A stretch of DNA of 64,000 bases from an uncultured virus (IMG/VR IMGVR_UViG_3300005294_000013) (taxonomy: Duplodnaviria > Heunggongvirae > Uroviricota > Caudoviricetes): IMG/VR virus record IMGVR_UViG_3300005294_000013; one strand, given 5' to 3'. Position 1 is the first letter of the stretch. Every line of letters starts with the position of its first letter. A program made the position numbers and the translations under genes. Below, piece after piece: positions 9,379 to 17,602 of the stretch. The notes under the pieces are model-generated. The model was not told where the DNA came from. It saw only the letters and a list, made by a program, of their open reading frames with translations, and made no database searches.

Positions 9379-9612
9379 TCAGCCCTCATAGTTGTTTGAG
9401 CCTTCCCAGGACGAGCGGGGCTCGCTTAGCTGGGTCAGGAGGCTCACGATCACCTCGGCGTAGTGCGGCACCGGCAACTTGCCGGAGCACCAAGCATGCA
9501 CCGTCAGCCGGTGCACGCCCAGAAGGCGAGCGAAGGCGGTCTGGGTGAGCCCCAGACCCGCCAACGCCGCCCGTAGTGCGTCAGGTGTCACTGAGACACC
9601 GCTCGGCCTCAT
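9379..9612 (-). CDS. XRE-type HTH protein
   Basis: LRAALAGLGLTQTAFARLLGVHRLTVHAWCSG; start may be GTG 9591. Confidence 0.8.
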   Translation of the reverse strand: MRPSGVSVTPDALRAALAGLGLTQTAFARLLGVHRLTVHAWCSGKLPVPHYAEVIVSLLTQLSEPRSSWEGSNNYEG

Positions 9613-9775
9613 CCGCCTGCATGTCGGTCAGATCAGCATCGACCGTGCCCAGGCACTCGCCCAGCGCTTCCATGTCGAGGGAGACCCACTGGCCGGCGGC
9701 GATCAGGCGCAGCGCAACATCGTAGGCGCCGTCACTCAGTTGGTAGATGTCGCCGTCAAATATGACAAGCTTCAT
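9581..9775 (-). CDS. Small acidic hypothetical early protein
   Basis: ATGA-coupled to upstream ORF; SD AGGAG. Confidence 0.6.
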   Translation of the reverse strand: MKLVIFDGDIYQLSDGAYDVALRLIAAGQWVSLDMEALGECLGTVDADLTDMQADEAERCLSDT

Positions 9776-10071
9776 TGGATTAGCTCCTGTTCATCAATCC
9801 ACACATCGGCACCCGTCTCGGCGCCGATTTCCTCGGCATCGTCAGGGTCATCGAGGTCGATGCCCTCGTCCTTGATGATGCGGTCCTGCACGTCATGCAG
9901 CGCTTGCTGCCAATGGTGCGGCGCGGCTGGCAGCGGCACGTCATGCTCGCGGCAGAAGATGGCAACGAGCGCGGCGGCCTCACGATCCGCAGCTTCCTTA
10001 CTGGCGCAGACAAACATCGGACGGCCAGGAACCGCCGGGTGCGTGCCTTGAACGATCCATACTTTAGTCAT
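9772..10071 (-). CDS. Hypothetical early protein (MTKVWIV...)
   Basis: Start reassigned to ATG 10071, 4 nt after GAGGGCTGA. Confidence 0.65.
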   Translation of the reverse strand: MTKVWIVQGTHPAVPGRPMFVCASKEAADREAAALVAIFCREHDVPLPAAPHHWQQALHDVQDRIIKDEGIDLDDPDDAEEIGAETGADVWIDEQELIQ

Positions 10072-10147
10072 AATCTCAGCCCTCGGTTTGAAGCAAATGC
10101 GCTTCCTGTTGCCCCTGCACGAGGGCAGGGGCAAAGGGGAAAAGCAC

Positions 10148-10411
10148 TCAGGCGGCGAGGCTCTGCCGGTCGCGCTGCGCCAGCCAGTCCCGGTACCGCG
10201 CCTCGACGAGCTGGGTGCGGGTGGGGACGATCAGCACTTCCCGCCAACGCCCGCGACTGTCACGTCCTAGGTAGGCGTTGGGGCCGCCGCGCAGCGGACG
10301 CGTCACACTCGAGGCGAGATAGCCGTCGCCGACCAGCGGGAACACTTGCGGCGCCTTCAACGCCCAGGTGTCGGCCAGACGCTCAGCGGTGCGTAGTTTA
10401 GACTTGATCAT
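10148..10411 (-). CDS. Hypothetical early protein
   Basis: GAGGGCTGA upstream. Confidence 0.65.
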   Translation of the reverse strand: MIKSKLRTAERLADTWALKAPQVFPLVGDGYLASSVTRPLRGGPNAYLGRDSRGRWREVLIVPTRTQLVEARYRDWLAQRDRQSLAA

Positions 10412-10414
10412 GGT

Positions 10415-10618
10415 TCAGCCCTCCCGCTCGCACGTCGCGACGATGCGACGAGCTGCCCGCAACGCCTTGGCCCGCGCCCGGTCGTCGGCCGCAACACTCG
10501 GCGCGTCGTTCTCCAACGCATGCTGCGCGTCCGCCTCGGCCCAGCCGATTAGTTCGTCGAGTGCCGCTAAACATTCCGCCAGCGCCTCGTTGGTTGTGAC
10601 ATAGGATCGTGTTGCCAT
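10415..10618 (-). CDS. Hypothetical early protein
   Basis: GAGGGCTGA upstream; ends in GAG GGC TGA. Confidence 0.65.
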   Translation of the reverse strand: MATRSYVTTNEALAECLAALDELIGWAEADAQHALENDAPSVAADDRARAKALRAARRIVATCEREG

Positions 10619-10693
10619 CGTTCAGCCCTCTTGGAAGTGCAGGATTGCGCTTCGCTGAGAGGCGGCGTGCCGCCTCTCGCCGAAAAGCAATTG

Positions 10694-10882
10694 CTACAGG
10701 ATTAACCCATCGTCGCGGATACCCTCGACGATGTCGTCGATGTACCGCGCCTCGACGACGATGCCGCCGCCCCAGCGCGCGGCGTCCTCAGGGATATGCT
10801 GCGACACCCACTCGTCCCCGTCGTCAGTCAATGGGGTCAGGATGAAGATCGAGCCGTGATTAGCGATGGTGAAGTCCGTCAT
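10694..10882 (-). CDS. Small hypothetical phage protein
   Basis: NHGSIFILTPLT...WGGGIVVEARYIDDIVEG; GAGGGCTGA upstream. Confidence 0.75.
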   Translation of the reverse strand: MTDFTIANHGSIFILTPLTDDGDEWVSQHIPEDAARWGGGIVVEARYIDDIVEGIRDDGLIL

Positions 10883-10977
10883 TGTCAGCCCTCAGTGAGT
10901 GGTTAGTGGTGCTATAGGTAGTAGTCTCGTCAGGCAGCGCATCACGCTGCGATGGGAGTTGCCTCCCATTTCGACCT

Positions 10978-11148
10978 TTAGGCGGCGCGGCGCAGATAGA
11001 AGCTGAACCCTAGGCGGCCCAGCCGGCAGAACGTCAGACCGCCGACGCGGCGGCTGCGGTGCAGCACATAGGCGGCGAGGAGGCATAGCGCGCACGGTGC
11101 GGCTGCGAGTGCAAAAACAGCGTGGAACACGATGGGGTCGACGTACAT
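10978..11148 (-). CDS. 56-aa membrane-associated protein (not in ORF track)
   Basis: Hand translation MYVDPIVFHAVFALAAAPCALCLLAAYVLHRSRRVGGLTFCRLGRLGFSFYLRRAA; GAGGGCTGA upstream. Confidence 0.6.
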   Translation of the reverse strand: MYVDPIVFHAVFALAAAPCALCLLAAYVLHRSRRVGGLTFCRLGRLGFSFYLRRAA

Positions 11149-11399
11149 TTTGCTTCAGCCCTCGTTTAGTTGGTGTCGGTCATGGTAACACAATTTTAGC
11201 GTGTTCCCGTTCGACCCAAGTATTCGCCCGACGAGGTGTCGAGCGATGGGCAGCAAGTAGTAGCGCCAGACGACGGCGTCAAGTGGCTATAGGGCCAATA
11301 AGCACCCCTGTGGTGCGGCAGGATGACGCATGGTAAGTAGGAGGACTATGGCGACGTTGGTGGAATCCTAACCCTTATTTGCCCTATACGACGCTGTAA

Positions 11400-11735
11400 A
11401 ATAAAAGTGTACGCGGCCAAAAATGTGTACGCGGTAAAATCGGTGTTTTATCCCTAGGATGTCAATTAGTTAGCTTATAAGCCGGGTACACCGCGTACAC
11501 CTTTCACACGTTTTCAGATGCTCCCCCTAGGGGCGCGAGGTGAAATCGAAATTTTTTCGGAGTCGACCCATAGGGTACTACGAAATGAGTGTACTTAGTG
11601 TACGTGGTGTACTTTGAAAATCTATCTATCACCAATCGTTATATAAAACTGCGTACAGTTTTTCGATTGTTGGGTGTCAGTGGTGTACGTGGTATTGAAA
11701 TCGCTCGATAATGTTTGCCGAATTGTTGGGTTGAA
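11400..11735. repeat. Iteron-like GTGTAC cluster, candidate replication origin
   Basis: GTGTACGCGG at 11407 and 11425, inverted at 11491; GTGTAC at 11589, 11598, 11607, 11683; AT-rich and non-coding. Confidence 0.6.
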
Positions 11736-12144
11736 GTAATGGTCAGCGCCCCGCTCGGCACCTAACCGCCTGATATCCTAGGGATCTTCTGCGGAGTACG
11801 CCTCCGCCACACTGGCGCTCGAGCCTAGTCGAGCAAGCACTAGTCGTAGTCCTTTAGGGTGGTAATAAGGTATGTATACTAGAACTGTTTAGTACAGTCC
11901 AACACCCTCGGTAAGTAATCAAAGACAAACCGGCCGACCCCCCACTACTACCTGTCCAGGCCCTTCGACGGCCGCGGGCGGTGTAAGGTACAGGTCCGCG
12001 ACACAAGGGGTTTAAGGAAGTGGTAGTAGTGCAAGTGACGGTGGTTGTGGAAGTGACAGTAAATTTTTAGTGTCACCTCCCGGAACTGTCACTCCCAAAA
12101 ATATTTCACTTTCCGTAGAGCCAACAGGCTGGTTGTTTACCCCC

Positions 12145-12172
12145 TTGACGGTGGCTATAGGAGCGCTATCTT
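12145..12172 (+). promoter_or_regulatory. Sigma70-like promoter, probably leaderless into 12179
   Basis: TTGACG-N16-TATCTT, ATG 6 nt later. Confidence 0.4.
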
Positions 12173-12178
12173 CGCCCC

Positions 12179-12418
12179 ATGAAGCCTACTCCCCTTGCCC
12201 GCCGCGCCCAGGAGTTTGCGATTCGTCGTCCTTCCTGGCTCACACCGGAGGAGCTGGCCGAGGCATGGCGCTGCGGCCTTGAGCCGGACCCTGCCGGTGC
12301 TGACCGCCTGATCGGCCGTGACCCGGCTCGCATGACCCACGATGAGCTGCGCGCTCTTGGGCACACCCCCGAGCGACTGGCGGAAGCTCTGCGGGTCGGC
12401 AAACCCGGTCGCGCCTGA
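12179..12418 (+). CDS. Hypothetical protein
   Basis: TGATG-coupled to next ORF. Confidence 0.5.
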   Translation: MKPTPLARRAQEFAIRRPSWLTPEELAEAWRCGLEPDPAGADRLIGRDPARMTHDELRALGHTPERLAEALRVGKPGRA

Positions 12419-12954
12419 TGGCCGCCCTGGATCGCCTTGCTCGGGCTTTGGCCGGCGCCGCGCCGTTAGAGCCCCTCCCGAGCCCGCCAGAGGGGCGGAA
12501 TCTTTCCCCACCCTGGGATACCCCCAAACCCGTTCGGGCCCCTCTACGACCTCCGCTCGTCACGGCAACCCCTATCCGTCCGCCTCGGCAACCTCCCCCA
12601 TCGCACGCCCGCCTCCTGACCGCCGCGGGGGAAACCCGCTCGATCCGCGCCTGGGCTATGCAGCGCGGCATCGATCGCCGCACCCTGGCCTACCGGCTGA
12701 ACCACGGCTGGTTGGTCGACGAGGCCCTGGGGTTCACCCCTCGTCACCGCGACCACGCCGCCGAGCAGGCTCCCGGTGCCGAATCCACCGCCAAGGTGCT
12801 AATCGTCGACGGTGACGGCAAACCCATCCCCCGTCGTCAGGTCGCCGCCCTCCTCGGCATCAAAACTACATCCCTGACCCACCGGCTGCGCCAGTACCGT
12901 CACCCCGACGGCTCGACCGCGCGAGTGACACTTGCGTCGCTCCTCGCTCGCTAA
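12418..12954 (+). CDS. Protein with two HTH-like units resembling the C-terminal DNA-binding part of phage HNH proteins
   Basis: GETRSIRAWAMQRGIDRRTLAYRLNHGW; RRQVAALLGIKTTSLTHRL. Confidence 0.6.
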   Translation: MAALDRLARALAGAAPLEPLPSPPEGRNLSPPWDTPKPVRAPLRPPLVTATPIRPPRQPPPSHARLLTAAGETRSIRAWAMQRGIDRRTLAYRLNHGWLVDEALGFTPRHRDHAAEQAPGAESTAKVLIVDGDGKPIPRRQVAALLGIKTTSLTHRLRQYRHPDGSTARVTLASLLAR

Positions 12955-12959
12955 ACCTT

Positions 12960-13036
12960 GCCTCGCCAGGGGAGGTGGACAGTCTCCGCCCGGTGGTTAC
13001 CCCCTAGTCACCGGGCAAACCTGGCGGGGCCTTTTT
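12960..13036 (+). ncRNA. Three-way-junction structured RNA or terminator
   Basis: P1 12960-70/13020-30, P2 12971-75/12983-87, P3 12988-99/13005-16, then TTTTT; G-U wobbles favour + strand. Confidence 0.5.
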
Positions 13037-13202
13037 GCACCGCACCATCCCAATCGTTACAATCTGTAACAATTCCTGCTGCACTGCACCATGAATTTTA
13101 TGTGAATCATTTAAGGCGGTTAACTCCGCGGCACCCTGTCGCACCCCCTCACTATTAACCAGTATTAGCTCTTGCACAGGGTAACTAGCACTACTATAAC
13201 AG

Positions 13203-13276
13203 TTATCCACAGACCTCGCGGCTGTTCCGAGCTTGCGAGGGGAGTCGGGCGTCGCGTGCGCCCGACCTGTGGATAA
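13203..13276. promoter_or_regulatory. Pair of perfect DnaA boxes in inverted orientation
   Basis: TTATCCACA 13203-13211 and TGTGGATAA 13268-13276. Confidence 0.55.
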
Positions 13277-13706
13277 ATCGAGGGGTCTAGACGTGGTTAG
13301 ATCGAGGGCGAAGCCCACACCCGCACCCCCACCAACTCTCGGCGATCTGCCCGCCCCCGACCCGGCGGTGATCGACGAGTTCATCGATTTCCTCTTCTCC
13401 ATCGACGAGAAGGTGTGCCGGCCGCCGCGGCAGGCTGCCAAGCTGCTGGCGTTCATCGTGCAGCTCTACCAGGCACCCGGCGGGCCCCGGCCGTTCCCGA
13501 CGCGCCCGCAAATCGCGAAGTACCTGGGGATGTCCGTCCCCACGATCGACGCCGTTCTCAACCTGCACATCGCCGAGGGTAACCTGACGGTCGAGACGCG
13601 CTACCGCGACGGCAACATCGAGCAGCGCCGCGCCAGCGCCATCAAGGAGCGTTACATCGTCCCCAGCGACGTGCTGATCCACGTCTACTCCTACACTCCT
13701 CGCTAG
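13233..13706 (+). CDS. Winged-HTH protein (start uncertain)
   Basis: FPTRPQIAKYLGMSVPTIDAVLNLHIAEG. Confidence 0.65.
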   Translation: MRGESGVACARPVDKSRGLDVVRSRAKPTPAPPPTLGDLPAPDPAVIDEFIDFLFSIDEKVCRPPRQAAKLLAFIVQLYQAPGGPRPFPTRPQIAKYLGMSVPTIDAVLNLHIAEGNLTVETRYRDGNIEQRRASAIKERYIVPSDVLIHVYSYTPR

Positions 13707-13772
13707 GGCCAGGCTTGTGCGGTATCCTCCGCCCTCCTGGTGATTACTCTTATCTGGTGAGGGCTCGCGCCA

Positions 13773-14000
13773 TCAACTCTCCCTCGCTAGCGCTCGTGCT
13801 AAAAGTTGGCGTATAGCCTCCGGCCGTGTCGGCCTCGGCTCCGCCTGCTGCATAATCCACTTGTCGATCGCCATCGACAACGCAGGCGGCATCGTAAAGT
13901 GCTGCGCTACCGCGTTCATCCTAGGCCGCCCGCGAGGCCGCTTGCTTCGCTCGCTGCGTAGCCTACGCGATTTTCCTGTAGATGATATTGACTCGGCCAT
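13773..14000 (-). CDS. Ribbon-helix-helix (CopG-like) regulator
   Basis: RGRP...MPPALSMAIDKWIMQQ...PTRPEAIRQLLARAL. Confidence 0.75.
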   Translation of the reverse strand: MAESISSTGKSRRLRSERSKRPRGRPRMNAVAQHFTMPPALSMAIDKWIMQQAEPRPTRPEAIRQLLARALARES

Positions 14001-14212
14001 GTAATATGCTCTACAGGATATACCAACGACGTGTGATCAGGAGGTGAGCTAACTTATGCAAAGACCACGGGGGCACTACTCCTCGTTGCTCTAAATTTCA
14101 GCACATTCGTATCCGGCATAAGCGCGAGAGTCAATATAACCTCGTGATACTATTATATTGTCTGGGCTCAACCTATACCCGACAAAAACCGACAATGTCT
14201 ATGTCGATAGCG

Positions 14213-14240
14213 TTGACACCCCCCACCCAGGTTGTATGCT
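14213..14240 (+). promoter_or_regulatory. Sigma70-like promoter
   Basis: TTGACA-N16-TATGCT. Confidence 0.5.
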
Positions 14241-14804
14241 TATAAGAACTATAGGCGCTCTTCGTACATTACTGTACGAACCCCGCCTCCTCGACGCCGT
14301 GAGCGGTTCTCGCAAGCTCTTGTCGTAGCGTTAACTGGGGAGTGCGCGTTGTCTGGAAATATTCCCCCACCTCGGGATACGGCTTACATCACCGTCCCCC
14401 GCCAACCCACCATCGAGTTTTTTAGCATGCTCGCTCGCAAGGCCGAGTTCTATGCGCGACAGTACCGCTGGAGCTGCGACGAGGTGGCGGCGGGGCGGAT
14501 GACGCCGAAGCATCAGCTCGTCTCTCTCACCCGGCTGTGGGAGGAAATGCTCGCCCCCACCGACCTCCCCCCACTCCCGCGGAAGTTTTCCTGCTGATGT
14601 CTAGTAAATGCGAGGTACACGCGACGCGCGGTGTCGCTGGTCAGCCGCCGGACATCTGGCTAACTGTAGAGACCGACATTGTTCGACCGGCCATCGTCAG
14701 GCTCACCATCGAGGAAGCCTTCGAGCTGGCCCACCGCATTCTCGTTGAGGCTGCCGAGGCAGCGAACCTCGCAAGGGCGACTGTGACAGTCGAGCCGAGG
14801 TCAC

Positions 14805-14960
14805 CTACTTCTTCTTGAGCTGCCTCGCCTCACTCAAGGCAATAGCAACCGCCTGCTTCCGATCGGTCACCTTTGGTCCTTTCGGTGAGCCGGAGTGCAG
14901 GCTGCCCTCCTTAAACTCACGCAAAACTTTTTGCACCTTAGCCTGACCCTTAGCTTTCAT
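14805..14960 (-). CDS. 51-aa basic protein, DUF6496-like (not in ORF track)
   Basis: Hand translation MKAKGQAKVQKVLREFKEGSLHSGSPKGPKVTDRKQAVAIALSEARQLKKK; SD GAGG. Confidence 0.75.
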   Translation of the reverse strand: MKAKGQAKVQKVLREFKEGSLHSGSPKGPKVTDRKQAVAIALSEARQLKKK

Positions 14961-14990
14961 CGTAGTTCCTCTTAGTCTGCTGGCTACGGA

Positions 14991-15413
14991 TTACCGCGCA
15001 CCTCGCGAGGGGCTCGCACCTCGGTCCAGCCCCTGCCGGATACGCTCGATCCGAGCCGGTATAACGTGCATGACATTGCAGACGCCGCAGCACTGACCCT
15101 GTTTAACCGGCGCGGCGTTGTGGACGCCGTCGGGCCACTCCGAGCTGCCGCAGATCACACACTTATTGTGCTGTTTCATCCGAGTTTCTCCTGCGGTCTG
15201 CTGGTTCGGCGGATCGTCTTGTGCCGGTATCCCGCTGTCGTCAACCTTCCGGCTGCTCCGCGGCGCTCGCCGCGTCTGCTCGGCCAGGTACCGCAGCATG
15301 GCGATGATTTCAGAGTGTTTTATCCGCAGATCCTCGCCCTCGGCCGCGTCTTCAAGCTGCCGCGCTAGCGCCAGCATGCAGTGGCGGATTTCAGGGATTG
15401 TCAGCTTTTTCAT
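14991..15413 (-). CDS. Hypothetical protein with C-terminal Cys pairs (possibly two genes)
   Basis: CVIC...CCGVC; internal GGAG..ATG. Confidence 0.5.
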   Translation of the reverse strand: MKKLTIPEIRHCMLALARQLEDAAEGEDLRIKHSEIIAMLRYLAEQTRRAPRSSRKVDDSGIPAQDDPPNQQTAGETRMKQHNKCVICGSSEWPDGVHNAAPVKQGQCCGVCNVMHVIPARIERIRQGLDRGASPSRGAR

Positions 15414-15874
15414 TTCTTCTCCGGTGCTAGGGCGGGTGGGACGTGCGTCCCTGAAGGCGTCAGCTCTGCGCCCGCTGCGCCCGCTGCGCCCGCTGCGCCC
15501 TGTTGTCGCTCAGCTCCAACTTCAAACCACTCGGCGGCGTCGATCTCGGCGACGCGCAACGGCAGGTTTAGGTATGCTGTGGCGTCGTTGCCCAGGGCGA
15601 CGATACCCTCAATCCTATCGTAACCCCCGCGCTCCAGGGGCGCGCGGGTAAACACCGTCCCCGCCGGCACCAGCACGTCCTGCTTCAACCTGAACACCCG
15701 CTCAGGGTGCTTCTCGTAATTCCGGCGTCCCGCCGCGGGGTTGATATAATTCATGTCGTCACCCATAACCATTTTTAGCAGCTCCGCTTTTTCACAAATG
15801 TAACCATTCTCATCCAGCGACGCGCAGGAGTTGATTAGCCGTCGCACTTGTGCGGGTGTGTAGTTCATGTCCAC
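15410..15874 (-). CDS. Hypothetical protein containing a 9-bp tandem repeat (15466-15500)
   Basis: 154 aa, overlaps terminase end; CTGCGCCCG x3. Confidence 0.55.
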   Translation of the reverse strand: MDMNYTPAQVRRLINSCASLDENGYICEKAELLKMVMGDDMNYINPAAGRRNYEKHPERVFRLKQDVLVPAGTVFTRAPLERGGYDRIEGIVALGNDATAYLNLPLRVAEIDAAEWFEVGAERQQGAAGAAGAAGAELTPSGTHVPPALAPEKK

Positions 15875-17262
15875 CCCGCCGCGGACACTGGCTCCTGGTG
15901 CACATAAGCCCGCTCCCGCCGCAACACCCTGGCGGTGTAGTTAGACTGGGTACCGAGCGCTGCGTATTGCAGCGCGTCGCACACATCCGACCACGGGTGC
16001 AGTTTCTCCGGCAGATCCTCAAACTGCCCGTCGCGGCGCCTCCTGTAGCGGTAACGGTTGCCTAAAGCCTGAATCAGCGTGGGACAGCCCTCCCTGCTGA
16101 TCTGGATTGCCGGCTCGCCCATCAAAGTCGTCCTGAACAGGCGCTCTACAGCCAGTAACCGCGGCTCGATGCTGTTCGTCGCCGCCGGGTAGGCGAGGAA
16201 ACCCTCCTGCTTTAACGTGTCGAACGCCGTCTCCTCGGTGATCTGGCTCTTCTGCGCCCCGGCGGGGTCGCCCACGATAAACACCCTCGTCACATCGAAC
16301 GGCTCGGCCAGAAGCGCCGGTTTCAGGTGTTCCTGCACCATCTGGAGGAGGCCCATCCCCTCGGTGACGACTTCCCGGTAGATAATGAGCCGCCCCTGTG
16401 TGTCGACCTGGGTGATCAGCGCACACGGGGTGCGGCCAAAATCGAGGCCGACCATCAGGGGTTTGTGGGGGTTGATCACCGGCTTGATATCACGCACATG
16501 CGTCGGGGCGTGGAACGATTTGCGGAACACCGCCTGGCCGGCGTTGCTGGTACCCCACTGGCTTTCGACGTGCACCTGCACCCAACCTTCATCGCGATCG
16601 CCAGAGAGCGTATCGTAGTAGCCGGGGGGTAGGTTTTCCACGTTCTCCGCCTGCGGGCTGAGCCCGCTGGGCTGGTGGAAGAGTTTCCAGTTTTCGTTGG
16701 GGGCTAACACTAATCTTTCATGGTACGGCGAGTCGGTGTCCCACGGATTCGTGTCGGCGATCAGTCCGTACCACGTCGGGCCGCCCATAAGTCTGCTGGG
16801 GTATCGTCCGAGTCGGCCGATGACGCCGCTCACCACTTCAACCGGCACCTCGCGCAACTCGTTGATCCAAGCAAAAGTTAGCTGCATCGATAGTAACCGT
16901 CTAACGTCTTCCTTAGTATCCAGCGGAATCATGATCCAATCTGAATGGAGTTTGGTGCCGTCTGGAAGATCAGAACGAATCTGGATAGTACTATCAGTAA
17001 CATAATAGTGCACCATCGTTCCCAGATACGTCTGCACATCGGACAACACCGTCTGCCTGAGCTGCTGTAGTGTATTCCTTATAAGTGCCCCCCTGGTGTA
17101 CCGCACACCGTCATAGGGCTGTTGTAGCGTGCACCGCCGCAATAGCTCCATAATACACCCCATGCTCTTGCCCGAGCCTAAGGGGCCGACGACGACGCGC
17201 ACCAGCGCGGGGCTGATGCAGAACTGCTCGATGGTAGGAGGGGGCTTATAATCGAGGTTCAT
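15865..17262 (-). CDS. terL: Terminase large subunit
   Basis: Walker A GPLGSGKS, Walker B AWINE, DTNP coupling motif, nuclease VGLDFG and DVCDALQY; likely ATG 17262. Confidence 0.93.
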   Translation of the reverse strand: MNLDYKPPPTIEQFCISPALVRVVVGPLGSGKSMGCIMELLRRCTLQQPYDGVRYTRGALIRNTLQQLRQTVLSDVQTYLGTMVHYYVTDSTIQIRSDLPDGTKLHSDWIMIPLDTKEDVRRLLSMQLTFAWINELREVPVEVVSGVIGRLGRYPSRLMGGPTWYGLIADTNPWDTDSPYHERLVLAPNENWKLFHQPSGLSPQAENVENLPPGYYDTLSGDRDEGWVQVHVESQWGTSNAGQAVFRKSFHAPTHVRDIKPVINPHKPLMVGLDFGRTPCALITQVDTQGRLIIYREVVTEGMGLLQMVQEHLKPALLAEPFDVTRVFIVGDPAGAQKSQITEETAFDTLKQEGFLAYPAATNSIEPRLLAVERLFRTTLMGEPAIQISREGCPTLIQALGNRYRYRRRRDGQFEDLPEKLHPWSDVCDALQYAALGTQSNYTARVLRRERAYVHQEPVSAAGWT

Positions 17263-17404
17263 CGAGGCTCTGCTACGCCCGCACGCCCCAGCGGGTAGCA
17301 AAGACCCGTTGGGCAGTCACAGCGGCGGCACAGGATCATCCAGCGTAGCCAGCCCATGTATTTCCGACACCAACGATCGCGCTGCCAGATCAACCTCTGT
17401 GCCA

Positions 17405-17602
17405 TTAGTTCACCAACCCCGGCTCGATCTCTAGCGGTGGCACCAGCGGTAGCGGATCGTTGATCGCAGTCTCGCCGCTACAGCAGTACGACACTCCGAC
17501 CCCGCCGCAGGCTTCACAGGGCTGGGGCGGGTGTGCATCCGGTAGATAGCCCGTGCCGTGACAACGCTCGCAGATCATCATGCCCTCGCTAGTTCTGGTC
17601 AT
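17405..17602 (-). CDS. Small DnaJ-type zinc-finger protein
   Basis: CERCHGTG...CEACGGVG. Confidence 0.6.
   Translation of the reverse strand: MTRTSEGMMICERCHGTGYLPDAHPPQPCEACGGVGVSYCCSGETAINDPLPLVPPLEIEPGLVN

Noticed and set aside
11400..11700. CRISPR array
   Set aside because: Repeats are only 6-11 bp, irregularly spaced and in both orientations.
12960..13036. Hammerhead ribozyme
   Set aside because: Three-way junction present, but the CUGANGA and GAAA core is absent.
13105..13170. CtrA binding sites
   Set aside because: TTAA half-sites are spaced by 5-6 nt, not the TTAA-N7-TTAA consensus.
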